In this document: one piece after another, positions 28,796-37,781 of the stretch
Layout of the letters: each line of letters opens with the position of its first letter
Position numbering within the stretch: the stretch's first letter is position 1
Origin: an uncultured Anaerolineaceae bacterium
Lineage (GTDB): Bacteria; Chloroflexota; Anaerolineae; Anaerolineales; Anaerolineaceae
DNA length: 64,000 nt
Direction of reading: 5' to 3'
Assembly: GCA_964484715.1 (NCBI GenBank)
Contig: CAZAFJ010000010.1
Location: 1,056-65,055, forward strand
The notes under the pieces: model-generated
What the model saw: only the letters and a program-made list of their open reading frames with translations
Databases searched by the model: none
Told to the model about the DNA's origin: nothing
Position numbers and translations under genes: made by a program

Positions 28796-30361
28796 CTAAG
28801 GGTAGCTGTTTTCACTTACCAAATCCTCCGACCAACCCACCTTGACCTTGCCATCTTCCAAAAGCCATGTTTTTTCGGTGACGCGGGCGATAAAGGCGCG
28901 GTCATGAGCAACCAATAACACGCCACCCGAAAAGGCTTGCAAAGCTTGCTCGAACTGCTCGCGCGAGGGGATGTCCAAATAGTTGACCGGTTCATCCAGC
29001 ACCAAAAAGGTCGCGCCTTCTGCCACCAAACACGCCAGCATCAAACGCGAGCGCTGCCCATAGCTCAAACTGGCTGTCGGCAAAATGACCTGGTCTTCAT
29101 CCAACAAGAAATAATGCAAGAAATGGTAAGCCTCCGACATCGCCATCGGGCGGATGTCCTGCAAGGTTTCCAAAGCGCTCTTTTTAGGGTCGAGTGTGTC
29201 CTGGTTTTGCGCCATATAGCCAATTTTGATGCGTCCACCCCACCGGTATGTACCCGAAAGAGGTGCCAGTTGCCCCAACAGAACCTTCAGCAAGGTGCTT
29301 TTGCCACAGCCATTCGCACCAATCAATGCCACCCGCTCTTGCCCTTGAATGGTCAGATTGAGGTCCTCAAAAAGCATGCGCTGGTCATAGGCAAAGCTTA
29401 ACCCATCGGTTTGCAAAGCAATTGCGCTGTGATGCTCCGGCTCGCCAAAATTGACCCGCAAGCGCCATTTGTCCATCGGCTTCTCAATGCGCGCCTCATC
29501 TTCCAGGAAGCGCTCCAGGCGATGTTTCTTGGCTAGTCCCTTCTTAGCCACCTTTTTGGCATAACGGCGCATTTTTGAATCTTTTGTTTGGTTCTCGGTG
29601 TGGCGCGCCTGTTCCGCGGTTTGGATCCAATCGGCTTTCAGTCGTTTGATTTCGGCTTGTTGGTCCTTCCAGCGTTCGTAGGCCTTTTCTTTTTCCTCCG
29701 CGATCACGCGCGCGTAGTTGCTATAATCACCGGGAAATTTGCGAATACCCTGCGTCACTTCATCCAGCTCGTAGATGCATGACACCACGCGGTCCAAAAA
29801 CACGCGGTCATGCGAGATGAGCAAAACGCTGCCATAATAACTTTGCAAAAACTTTTCTAGCCATTCCAGCGCGGGAATGTCGAGGTGATTGGTCGGTTCG
29901 TCCAAGAGCAAAATCGTTGGCGCGGTCAAAAACAAAGCCGCCAGATGCACGCGGGTCAACTCTCCCCCACTGAGCTGCTTTAAAGGCGTATCCAAAGCCA
30001 GATAGTCCGAACCCAATCCCGCCAAAATGCGGTAGGACTCAGCTTCTTCAGCTGGCGTCAAAGCTTTGGATGAGCCACCCCGGTAATGCGCGCTAAGGTT
30101 CTGCAAGAAAAGTGCTTCGATAGTGAGCGCATCATCTACCTCACCCGCTTGGGGCAGATAACCCAATGTGTCGCCACCGCTAAGCGTAATCGTGCCAGCA
30201 TCGGCTCCCAAAATCCCGGCGATAATCTGCATCAGCGTGCTTTTACCGCTGCCGTTGGCACCGACTAAAGCCACTTTTTCGCCATCGCCGAGGGTAAAGC
30301 TGGCCTCTTTCAATATTTGCGTGTAATCAAATCGCTTCGAGATGCGATTGACATGTAACAT
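28796..30361 (-). CDS. ABC-F family ATPase (two ABC domains, no TM domain)
   Basis: Walker A motifs GANGSGKST and GANGCGKST, signatures LSGGE and LSYGQ, and Walker B motifs LLLDEPTNHLD and LVLDEPVNYLD. Confidence 0.9.
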   Translation of the reverse strand: MLHVNRISKRFDYTQILKEASFTLGDGEKVALVGANGSGKSTLMQIIAGILGADAGTITLSGGDTLGYLPQAGEVDDALTIEALFLQNLSAHYRGGSSKALTPAEEAESYRILAGLGSDYLALDTPLKQLSGGELTRVHLAALFLTAPTILLLDEPTNHLDIPALEWLEKFLQSYYGSVLLISHDRVFLDRVVSCIYELDEVTQGIRKFPGDYSNYARVIAEEKEKAYERWKDQQAEIKRLKADWIQTAEQARHTENQTKDSKMRRYAKKVAKKGLAKKHRLERFLEDEARIEKPMDKWRLRVNFGEPEHHSAIALQTDGLSFAYDQRMLFEDLNLTIQGQERVALIGANGCGKSTLLKVLLGQLAPLSGTYRWGGRIKIGYMAQNQDTLDPKKSALETLQDIRPMAMSEAYHFLHYFLLDEDQVILPTASLSYGQRSRLMLACLVAEGATFLVLDEPVNYLDIPSREQFEQALQAFSGGVLLVAHDRAFIARVTEKTWLLEDGKVKVGWSEDLVSENSYP

Positions 30362-30373
30362 GTTGTGTCCTTT

Positions 30374-31411
30374 CTATTTCAGAGGCTTCCTCCAGGAAAT
30401 ACCTCTTTCTTCATAGACGAAACCCAACGATTCATAGAGCTCATAAGCCCCGCTTGGGTTTTCGCTATCCACTACAAGCTCTACCTCTTTGATATTCAAA
30501 AGCTTGAGCGCTTCTAAAGTGCGGCAAATCAAGGCTTTTGCGAGACCTTTGCCTCGCCAGGGACGTCGCACAGCCACATCGCCAATCGTCGCCCTGGCAC
30601 GCTTTTTGATGTCGTTTTGCGGTCCAACAATCCAAGGTAAAACCTCGCCAGCGATCTCATCACCATCCCAGGCAACCTGGAAAAGAAAAGGCTGGAAGTA
30701 GTCTTTGGGATCAATCCAGGCTTGATAGTCCTCTTCGCTCGTTTCGTGCATGCCCCAATGGTCCTTAAAAGCCTCTTGATCCGCATCCCAAATCTGACGA
30801 TAATGGGAGGGCATCGCCGCGCGCAGTTCCAAACCTTCGGGCATGGGAAAATGGGGGATGTCTTCCAAACGGTGAATCAAGGTGTCCCAATAACGAACAG
30901 GCTTGTAACCGGCTTCTTTAATCAATGCCATTTTATTGGGCATCTGCTCAAGACAATGGTAACAATAATCGGCTGCCTCACCTGCATGATGCACTTGATG
31001 GCGCAAACTGGCTTGGGCTTCACACCATGCCAACAGGGTATGCGCAAATTTATGATCCCATGCCATGGGAGTGATAATAAATCTCACATTGTGATCCCAC
31101 TTTTCTTCGTCGCTAGACTTTTCTTCCAAGCTTCGGCAATAGGCGATAACCTGTCCATCACGTTCTGCGAACACCAAATCCCTTTTAGGATCAGAGCTTT
31201 TGCCAAGATGGCTATACTCGCTTTTGATTTCGTCTGGCGTTGTCGGCGCAAAAAAGTCACGTTCGCCTTGACAAGAATTCACCGCCATAGCAATGTTCTC
31301 ATAATCTTCATCAGTACCGGTAAAGCGATAAAAACGGTAGCCTTCCAATATGGGTAAAGGCGCGTAATCCGCCTGGGCATCATTCGTTTGGGTTAGGTTG
31401 TCTGTATTCAT
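30374..31411 (-). CDS. GNAT-family N-acetyltransferase (two-domain, mycothiol-synthase-like layout)
   Basis: C-terminal acetyl-CoA block VAVRRPWRGKGLAKAL. A GAGGAA RBS precedes the ATG at 31411; the track start is 31432. Confidence 0.7.
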   Translation of the reverse strand: MNTDNLTQTNDAQADYAPLPILEGYRFYRFTGTDEDYENIAMAVNSCQGERDFFAPTTPDEIKSEYSHLGKSSDPKRDLVFAERDGQVIAYCRSLEEKSSDEEKWDHNVRFIITPMAWDHKFAHTLLAWCEAQASLRHQVHHAGEAADYCYHCLEQMPNKMALIKEAGYKPVRYWDTLIHRLEDIPHFPMPEGLELRAAMPSHYRQIWDADQEAFKDHWGMHETSEEDYQAWIDPKDYFQPFLFQVAWDGDEIAGEVLPWIVGPQNDIKKRARATIGDVAVRRPWRGKGLAKALICRTLEALKLLNIKEVELVVDSENPSGAYELYESLGFVYEERGISWRKPLK

Positions 31412-31451
31412 GTATTCCTCTTCATTTTTCAATCATTTCAATTATTTCTTA

Positions 31452-31481
31452 ATAAAAAAATCACAGGGATTGCCTGTGATT
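31452..31481 (-). terminator. intrinsic terminator/attenuator hairpin about 20-45 nt upstream of the GNAT start
   Basis: The minus strand reads ATCACAGG-CAATC-CCTGTGAT followed by a T-run. Confidence 0.5.
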
Positions 31482-31602
31482 CCACCAAAAAAGTTTGCTT
31501 TAATAAGAAAAAACCACCCGCAATCCAAGTACGCCTTCAAAGCCCTGCTTAACAGGGCCGGCTTGAGGCTTGAACTATCGAGATTGGTTTGTCATGTTTT
31601 AC

Positions 31603-31631
31603 ATTCTAAACGAGCTTGTTAACCGCGTCAA
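31603..31631 (-). promoter_or_regulatory. candidate sigma70 promoter for a structured RNA or leader
   Basis: On the minus strand: TTGACG (31626..31631), 17-nt spacer, TAGAAT (31603..31608). Confidence 0.4.
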
Positions 31632-31668
31632 GCGAAAGAACAATAGTGTGCTTGTAACTTTAGGATTC

Positions 31669-31701
31669 CAAAAAATAAGGGTGCTGAGAGACAGCACCCT
31701 T
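31669..31701 (-). terminator. intrinsic terminator of hutU
   Basis: The minus strand reads AAGGGTGCTG-TCTCT-CAGCACCCTT followed by a T-run, about 30 nt after the hutU stop. Confidence 0.7.
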
Positions 31702-31729
31702 ATACCTTAATCGACGTTCATCTTAAGCT

Positions 31730-33733
31730 TTAGCTAAGCTTTTCTTCAACCAAGCCTTCCACCAGCTTTTCATCTGCCAGGTAGGGCAAGGTGATGTGGG
31801 CGTCGTTGTAGTTCTCATTGAAGAGGCTGGCGGTTTCAATCGCATTGGCGTTGCGGGCCCAGGAACGTCGCGCGACGCCGCTCATCACGTCCCAAATCAT
31901 CGCGCTGCGGATGATCTCATCCACGCGTTCAGAGCCATCCAGCACCATACCAAAGCCACCATTGATCGACTTGCCAATGCCTACGCCACCGCCGTTATGC
32001 AGTGCCACCAGGCTCATGCCGCGGGCGGCATTGCCGGCAAAACATTGGGTTGCCATATCCGCCATCACATTGCTGCCATCGCGAATGTTGGCTGTCTCTC
32101 TAAAGGGTGAGTCGGTACCGCTCACGTCATGATGGTCACGACCCAGCATCACGGGACCAATTTCGCCATCGCGCACCATGCGGTTGAATTCCAAGGCAAT
32201 ATCTCGGCGGCCTTCAGCATCCTGGTACAAAATGCGCGCTTGTGTACCCACCACGAGGTTGTTTTCCATCGCGTCGCGGATCCAAATATAGTTGTCGCGA
32301 TCCTGTCCACGGCGGTTGGGATCAATGATGCGCATCGCGGCTTGGTCGGTCTTAATCAAATCCGACTGCTTACCGCTCAAACACACCCAACGGAAAGGTC
32401 CATATCCGAAGTCAAAGAGCTCGGGACCCATCAAATCTTCAACATAGGATGGGAAGATGAAGCCATCTTTTTCATCCACACCGTTTTTCGAAATTTCCTT
32501 CACGCCCGAGTCGAAGACCGACTTCAAGAAAGCGTTGCCATAGTCAAAGAAGTAGGTGCCACGGTCATGCAGGATTTGAATCAGCTCATAATGTTTACGC
32601 AAGGTCTTGTCTACCAAAACCTTGAAACCCTCTCGGTCGTCATGCAACATTTGCGTGCGCTGCTCAAAGGTAAGCCCCTGGGGACAGTAACCGCCACCGT
32701 AAACATCATGGCAGGAAGTTTGGTCAGAGAGCAAGTCAATTTGAATATGATGATCCACAGCGTATTGCAACAAATCAACGATATTGCCGTGGTAGGCAAT
32801 GGATGTTGAAGCGCCTTGCTCTAACGCGCGCTTGGCTTCGGCAAACACAACGCTCAAATCATCCGAGACCAGCGACACCCAGCCCTGAGAATGGCGGGTT
32901 TCGATGCGCGAAAGGTCAACTTCGGCGAAAATACCCACACCCTTGGCAATTTCAACCGCTTTGGGTTGGGCACCACTCATACCACCCAAGCCAGAAGAGA
33001 CGAAAAGCTTGCCAGTCAGGTCACCATCCGTTGCCACGCCCAGGTATTTGCGTCCAGCGGTCAAAATCGTGTTAAAAGTGCCATGCACGATGCCCTGGGG
33101 TCCGATGTACATCCAACCGCCTGCGGTCATCTGGCCATAGTTACACACGCCCATTTCCTCGGCGACTTCCCAGTCTTCCATATTGTCAAAGATACCAACC
33201 ATCAAACCGTTGGTTATAATCACGCGTGGCGCACTGGGGTGTGACTTGAACAGACCCAAGGGATGACCAGACATGACCACCAAAGTTTGTTCCTCGGTCA
33301 GTTCTTCAAGATACTGTTTAATCAGCTGGTATTGCATCCAGTTTTGGCAAACCGAACCGGTCTCGCCATAGGTTACCAATTCATAAGGGTAGAGCGCGAC
33401 GGCAAAGTCCAGGTTGTTGTCGATCATCACCTGAAAGGCTTTACCAGCCAGGCACTTGCCTTTATATTCATCAATCGGCTTTCCATAGATTCGTCCCTCG
33501 GGTCGGTAGCGATAACCGTAAATACGACCCAAAGTGGTGAGCTCCTCGAGAAATTCGGGGGCTAATTCGGCGTGCAAGCTTTCGGGAACATAGCGCAAAG
33601 CGTTCTTGAGCGCGGTCACAGTTTGGGCTTTGGTGAGCCTAAACCCACGGTCCGGCGCGCGACGAATCCCGGCTTGGAAGGATTTTTTAGGGGGGAGTTG
33701 ATCAGACAGGCTGATTTTTCTAATTGGTTGCAT
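31730..33733 (-). CDS. hutU: urocanate hydratase (long form)
   Basis: Blocks: GGMSGAQP, YGPFRWVC, HDVSGTDSPFRET, LHNGGGVGIG. A GAGGAAG RBS precedes the ATG at 33733; the track start at 33781 is TTG. Confidence 0.9.
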   Translation of the reverse strand: MQPIRKISLSDQLPPKKSFQAGIRRAPDRGFRLTKAQTVTALKNALRYVPESLHAELAPEFLEELTTLGRIYGYRYRPEGRIYGKPIDEYKGKCLAGKAFQVMIDNNLDFAVALYPYELVTYGETGSVCQNWMQYQLIKQYLEELTEEQTLVVMSGHPLGLFKSHPSAPRVIITNGLMVGIFDNMEDWEVAEEMGVCNYGQMTAGGWMYIGPQGIVHGTFNTILTAGRKYLGVATDGDLTGKLFVSSGLGGMSGAQPKAVEIAKGVGIFAEVDLSRIETRHSQGWVSLVSDDLSVVFAEAKRALEQGASTSIAYHGNIVDLLQYAVDHHIQIDLLSDQTSCHDVYGGGYCPQGLTFEQRTQMLHDDREGFKVLVDKTLRKHYELIQILHDRGTYFFDYGNAFLKSVFDSGVKEISKNGVDEKDGFIFPSYVEDLMGPELFDFGYGPFRWVCLSGKQSDLIKTDQAAMRIIDPNRRGQDRDNYIWIRDAMENNLVVGTQARILYQDAEGRRDIALEFNRMVRDGEIGPVMLGRDHHDVSGTDSPFRETANIRDGSNVMADMATQCFAGNAARGMSLVALHNGGGVGIGKSINGGFGMVLDGSERVDEIIRSAMIWDVMSGVARRSWARNANAIETASLFNENYNDAHITLPYLADEKLVEGLVEEKLS

Positions 33734-33924
33734 GACTTCCTCAACTTTCAATACTTTTATACTGCCTTGATTGTACAACAAGATGAGAATTTTCGAGGAC
33801 TTTAAACGTATTTGATGATGACTTCTCTAAATGTTTGGCTTTTGTTAACGCCAAGCGATTCACTATATTTTCTATTGTGGCTCTTATAATATTCTGGTTT
33901 AATGACAGTGAAAGAGAGGTAGAT

Positions 33925-34794
33925 ATGTTCGACGGAAAATTTACAACCAGTTCAAGCACCAGCGCCAACACCGCAACAAGAAAACCGATTGGCAAAATCG
34001 GTAAGAACGTGTTCATCATTGCAGCCGTGATTATCTTGCTGCTGATTCTTCTGCGTGCTGCTATTTATGTCGTCCCTGCGGGTAATGTAGGCGTTATTAC
34101 ACGTTGGGGCGCGGTACATCGTGCGTCCCAAGCCGGCATCCACATGAAAATCCCCTTCGCCGAGAATGTGGTCTTCATGAGCACCCGCACCCAAAAAGAC
34201 GAATCACCCGCCACGGCGATGTCTAACAACCTTCAGGTGGTCACGTCGCTTATCGCGGTGAACTACCGTCTGGATGGCAGCAAAGCCCAAAAGGTTTACC
34301 AGGAAATTGGTCCAAACTATGCCGAAATCGTCATCGCGCCAGCCATCCAAAACGCCTTCAAAGCTGCCACAGCGCGCTATTCAGCCGAAGAGCTGATTAC
34401 CAAGCGTGGCGCGGTACGCCAATCGGCTGAAGATGAGCTGATTTCACAGGTTGAGCCATACCACATCATCGTGGAAAACTTCAATATCATCAATATGGAC
34501 TTCTCGGCAGAATACCAAAACGCGATCGAGTCCAAACAAGTCGCCCAACAACAGGTTGAGACCTCGCGTCAAAAACTCGCCCAGGCTGAAATCGACGCCC
34601 AAACCGTCATTGCTCAAGCCCAGGGTCAAGCCGACGCGCAAAAGAAACTCAAAGATACCGGCGCGCTCACGCCCGAGTATTTGCAGTACCTCTTCCTGAC
34701 CAAATGGAACGGCATCCTGCCCCAAGTGATGACCGGTGGTTCAGGAACCATGATTGACATCTCGCAATTCCTGCATGGCCCCAACGAGCCCTAG
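33925..34794 (+). CDS. SPFH/band-7 (prohibitin-like) membrane protein
   Basis: TM helix followed by an SPFH-domain-like region (VVPAGNVGVITRWG...) and a coiled-coil AQ-rich tail. Confidence 0.85.
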   Translation: MFDGKFTTSSSTSANTATRKPIGKIGKNVFIIAAVIILLLILLRAAIYVVPAGNVGVITRWGAVHRASQAGIHMKIPFAENVVFMSTRTQKDESPATAMSNNLQVVTSLIAVNYRLDGSKAQKVYQEIGPNYAEIVIAPAIQNAFKAATARYSAEELITKRGAVRQSAEDELISQVEPYHIIVENFNIINMDFSAEYQNAIESKQVAQQQVETSRQKLAQAEIDAQTVIAQAQGQADAQKKLKDTGALTPEYLQYLFLTKWNGILPQVMTGGSGTMIDISQFLHGPNEP

Positions 34795-34818
34795 ACCTTA
34801 GCACAACCAAACAACATG

Positions 34819-34849
34819 AGCCGGGAACCAATAACTTCCCGGCTTTTTT
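34819..34849 (+). terminator. intrinsic terminator after the SPFH gene
   Basis: AGCCGGGAA-CCAATAAC-TTCCCGGCT followed by TTTTTT. Confidence 0.7.
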
Positions 34850-34972
34850 GTTTCCTTTTCCTCGATAAATGTTAGGCAAGCTTGCATAAGCTTTAGCGCT
34901 TTCGGCTAATTTCTTAAACCATTGGACTATAATTAAAGCCTACACATCATAGCGTAGAGAAAGAAGAGACTT

Positions 34973-37624
34973 ATGACTGATCATATCCCTGAAGTTGATG
35001 GACGCCGCCGTCGACGTGGCTCTGACCCCAAGGAACGTGCCGAGCGTCCCGGCGAAGCAAAACCCACGCCTCCAAGCCAACCCGAACCAAGACCCCAAAC
35101 CGACTTTGTAGGTGAAGTTTTTGATCAAGCTCCACCCCAAGGGCAGAGCTCCTACCAAAGCCCTCAGCAAGGCCAATCTGGCAGTCCCCAATCCTCTAGT
35201 GGATTAGGTGGTGCCTTAGGCGGCTTGGGTGGTCTTTTAGGTGGCCTGGCTTCTGGCGGTGGTGGCTCTTCCAGCCCCAACCAAAGCCCCTTTGGTGGTA
35301 CTGCCAGCGGTGGTGTGCCCGGTCAGGCAGCGCCACGCCGTGGTTGCGGAAGTATCATTTTCCTGATTATCCTCATGATTGTTCTGTTTTTCCTGTGGCG
35401 TTCTTGCTCCAAAGGAATTGGTGGTTTACCCGGCACAGACTTAAACCAACCACCCATCAGCCAGGCGCAACCCACATTGGCTCTTCCCATAGCCACAAAC
35501 GCCCTGGAACAAGCCCCACAAGTCCCACAGACCCAAGCTACACAGCCAGCCATTAATATTGACAACCTGGGCAAAAAAGCCAAATGGTTGGTCATGGCAT
35601 ATATCGACGCGGATGATAAAGCCCTCGAGCGTGACCTGATGTTTGACCTCAATGAGATGGAACTGATTGGCTCAACCGAGGACGTGGTCATCGTTGCTCA
35701 AGTCGACCGTTATGACGGTGGCTATTCCGGTGATGGCAACTGGTCCACAACCCGTCGCTATCTGGTTTTGCAAGATGATGACCTAAACGTCACCGGCTCA
35801 CAGCTCATCCAAGACATGGGCGAGCTCAACATGGGCGAAGGTCAAACCCTGGTCGATTTTGTGACCTGGGCAGCCAACCAATTCCCGGCTGAGCGCCATA
35901 TGCTTCTCATGTCTGACCATGGCATGGGCTGGCCAGGTGGCTGGAGCGATCCCAAACCAGCTATGCGCAACCGCACCAACGCGCCTTTGGGTAGTGCGAT
36001 GCAAGATGCCATCATTCTGTTGGATGAATTCGAAGCCGCGCTGAAGCAAATTCAACAAAGCACCGTGATCGACAAATTCGACCTCATCGGTTTGGACGTC
36101 TGTCTGATGAGCCAGATGGAAGTCTATAGCGCTCTAGCACCTTACGCGCATTACGTGGTCGCCTCCGAAGAAACTGAACCCGGTGTTGGTTGGGCTTATG
36201 AAGCCTTTTTGAGCAAAATGGTCTATGATCCAGAAACAAGCACCACCGACATCGCCAAGAATATTGTTGAAACCTATCTCACGGCCGATCAACGCATCGT
36301 TGATGACCAAGCGCGTGCGGAATTCCTGAGCCAAAACTCAAGTGGCGGTGGCTGGTATGTCAACCGCATGAGTGCGGCCCAACTCGGCGCCCAACTTGAG
36401 CAAAACAGCACTTTGGCAGCCATTGACTTGAAACACTTCCCTGAGCTTCTAAACGCTTTTAATGACTTCACCTTTAAACTGCAAAGCGTCGACCAACGCG
36501 CGGTGGCTCAAGCCCGCAGCTACGCACAAAGCTACACCTCTATTTTTGGGTCAAATGTGCCGGCAAGTTACATCGATATGGGTCATTTTGCCGCCCTGAC
36601 CGCGAAAATCTCTGGCGACCAAAACGTTTATCAGGCTGCCAACACCTTGTTGCAAACCCTGCAAAAAGCGGTCATAGCTGAAAAGCACGGACCTGGCAAA
36701 CCTGGCTCAACCGGCATTGCGCTTTACTTCCCCAACTCGCAGCTTTACCAAAACAGCAATACTGGCATGGCGTCTTACACCGTGATTGCCGACACTTTCG
36801 CCCGCCAATCTGTTTGGGATGACTTTTTGGCCTACCACTATTCCGGCCGCCAATTCCAGGCTCAAGCCGCGGAGCCAGTCATGATCAGCCGTGCCAGCCA
36901 AATTCCAGGCGGTGGCGCGATAAGCGTGTCTGAAATCAAAGCATCTGCTGAGCGTGTTGCAGCGGGTGATGAAATCGACCTCGATGTCACCATCACCGGT
37001 GAAAATGTTGCCCATGTTTACTTCTTTACCGGTATTGTGGCGAATAATGGACACATTTACGTCGCCGATACCGACTTTGTGGAAAGTGGCCAAAAGCAAG
37101 AGTTAAACGGCGTTTATTACCCCGTTTGGCCTCAAACCGGCGCCTTTAAACTCAACTTCACTTTCGAGCCAATTCTTTACACTATCAGTGATGGCAGTCA
37201 AGATGTGATGGCGCTTTTCAATCCCGTGGACTTCGGCAAAGATTACAAAAACGCAGTCTACGCCGTGCACGGCACCTACACCTTTAAAGAAACCGGCGAA
37301 AAACGTGCCGCGCAATTGCTCTTCAAGGACGAAAAACTCTTCCAGGTGATGGGTTTTGTCGGCTTGCAAGAAGGTGGTGCAGCGTCGGAAATAACGCCTA
37401 ACATTGGCGATAGCTTCACCGTAAAAGAACAGTGGATGACAACCAACGCCCAAGGTCAGGTGACCGGTAGCGAACTGCGCGAAGGCGAAACACTTACCTT
37501 TAGTGGCCAGCCAATCGTGGCGGTCACCAAATACCTGCCCAAAGGCAAAGCCGTCATTGGCTTTATGGTCAGCGACTTTGACGGTCAAGTGCGCTCCGTG
37601 TTCAAGCAGATCACCATCGACTAA
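34973..37624 (+). CDS. membrane-anchored clostripain-family (peptidase C11) protein
   Basis: A ~125-aa disordered G/S/Q/P-rich N-terminus, one TM helix, then C11-like blocks: MAYIDADDKALERDL, LLMSDHGMGWPGG (His), IGLDVCLMSQMEV (Cys). Confidence 0.8.
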   Translation: MTDHIPEVDGRRRRRGSDPKERAERPGEAKPTPPSQPEPRPQTDFVGEVFDQAPPQGQSSYQSPQQGQSGSPQSSSGLGGALGGLGGLLGGLASGGGGSSSPNQSPFGGTASGGVPGQAAPRRGCGSIIFLIILMIVLFFLWRSCSKGIGGLPGTDLNQPPISQAQPTLALPIATNALEQAPQVPQTQATQPAINIDNLGKKAKWLVMAYIDADDKALERDLMFDLNEMELIGSTEDVVIVAQVDRYDGGYSGDGNWSTTRRYLVLQDDDLNVTGSQLIQDMGELNMGEGQTLVDFVTWAANQFPAERHMLLMSDHGMGWPGGWSDPKPAMRNRTNAPLGSAMQDAIILLDEFEAALKQIQQSTVIDKFDLIGLDVCLMSQMEVYSALAPYAHYVVASEETEPGVGWAYEAFLSKMVYDPETSTTDIAKNIVETYLTADQRIVDDQARAEFLSQNSSGGGWYVNRMSAAQLGAQLEQNSTLAAIDLKHFPELLNAFNDFTFKLQSVDQRAVAQARSYAQSYTSIFGSNVPASYIDMGHFAALTAKISGDQNVYQAANTLLQTLQKAVIAEKHGPGKPGSTGIALYFPNSQLYQNSNTGMASYTVIADTFARQSVWDDFLAYHYSGRQFQAQAAEPVMISRASQIPGGGAISVSEIKASAERVAAGDEIDLDVTITGENVAHVYFFTGIVANNGHIYVADTDFVESGQKQELNGVYYPVWPQTGAFKLNFTFEPILYTISDGSQDVMALFNPVDFGKDYKNAVYAVHGTYTFKETGEKRAAQLLFKDEKLFQVMGFVGLQEGGAASEITPNIGDSFTVKEQWMTTNAQGQVTGSELREGETLTFSGQPIVAVTKYLPKGKAVIGFMVSDFDGQVRSVFKQITID

Positions 37625-37643
37625 GCTTTTTTTCACAGTCTAT

Positions 37644-37681
37644 GCGCCTTGTTGGAATATATCTGACAGGGCGCTTTTTTG
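37644..37681 (+). terminator. intrinsic terminator after the C11 gene
   Basis: GCGCCTTG...CAGGGCGC stem followed by TTTTTT. Confidence 0.6.
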
Positions 37682-37769
37682 TATTAAGTCGATGTACACT
37701 CACGTAGTCCCACTGTCTCCAGTCTCTAAACCAATACTCGTCCCCTCCCAATGATGCTCTGACATAAGC

Positions 37770-37775
37770 TATAAT
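37770..37775 (+). promoter_or_regulatory. -10 box TATAAT 6 nt upstream of the methyltransferase ATG (leaderless architecture)
   Basis: GCTATAAT-TAAGCT-ATG. Confidence 0.5.
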
Positions 37776-37781
37776 TAAGCT

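Noticed and set aside
31511-31596. Rod-like hairpin as SRP (4.5S) RNA.
   Set aside because: The apical loop is TTAAG rather than a GNRA/GGAA tetraloop, and the conserved domain IV symmetric-loop sequence is not present.
31398-31622. 74-aa plus-strand ORF in the GNAT-hutU intergenic region.
   Set aside because: It runs through two terminator hairpins and an AT-rich low-complexity stretch, with no RBS. The region is better explained as minus-strand regulatory RNA.
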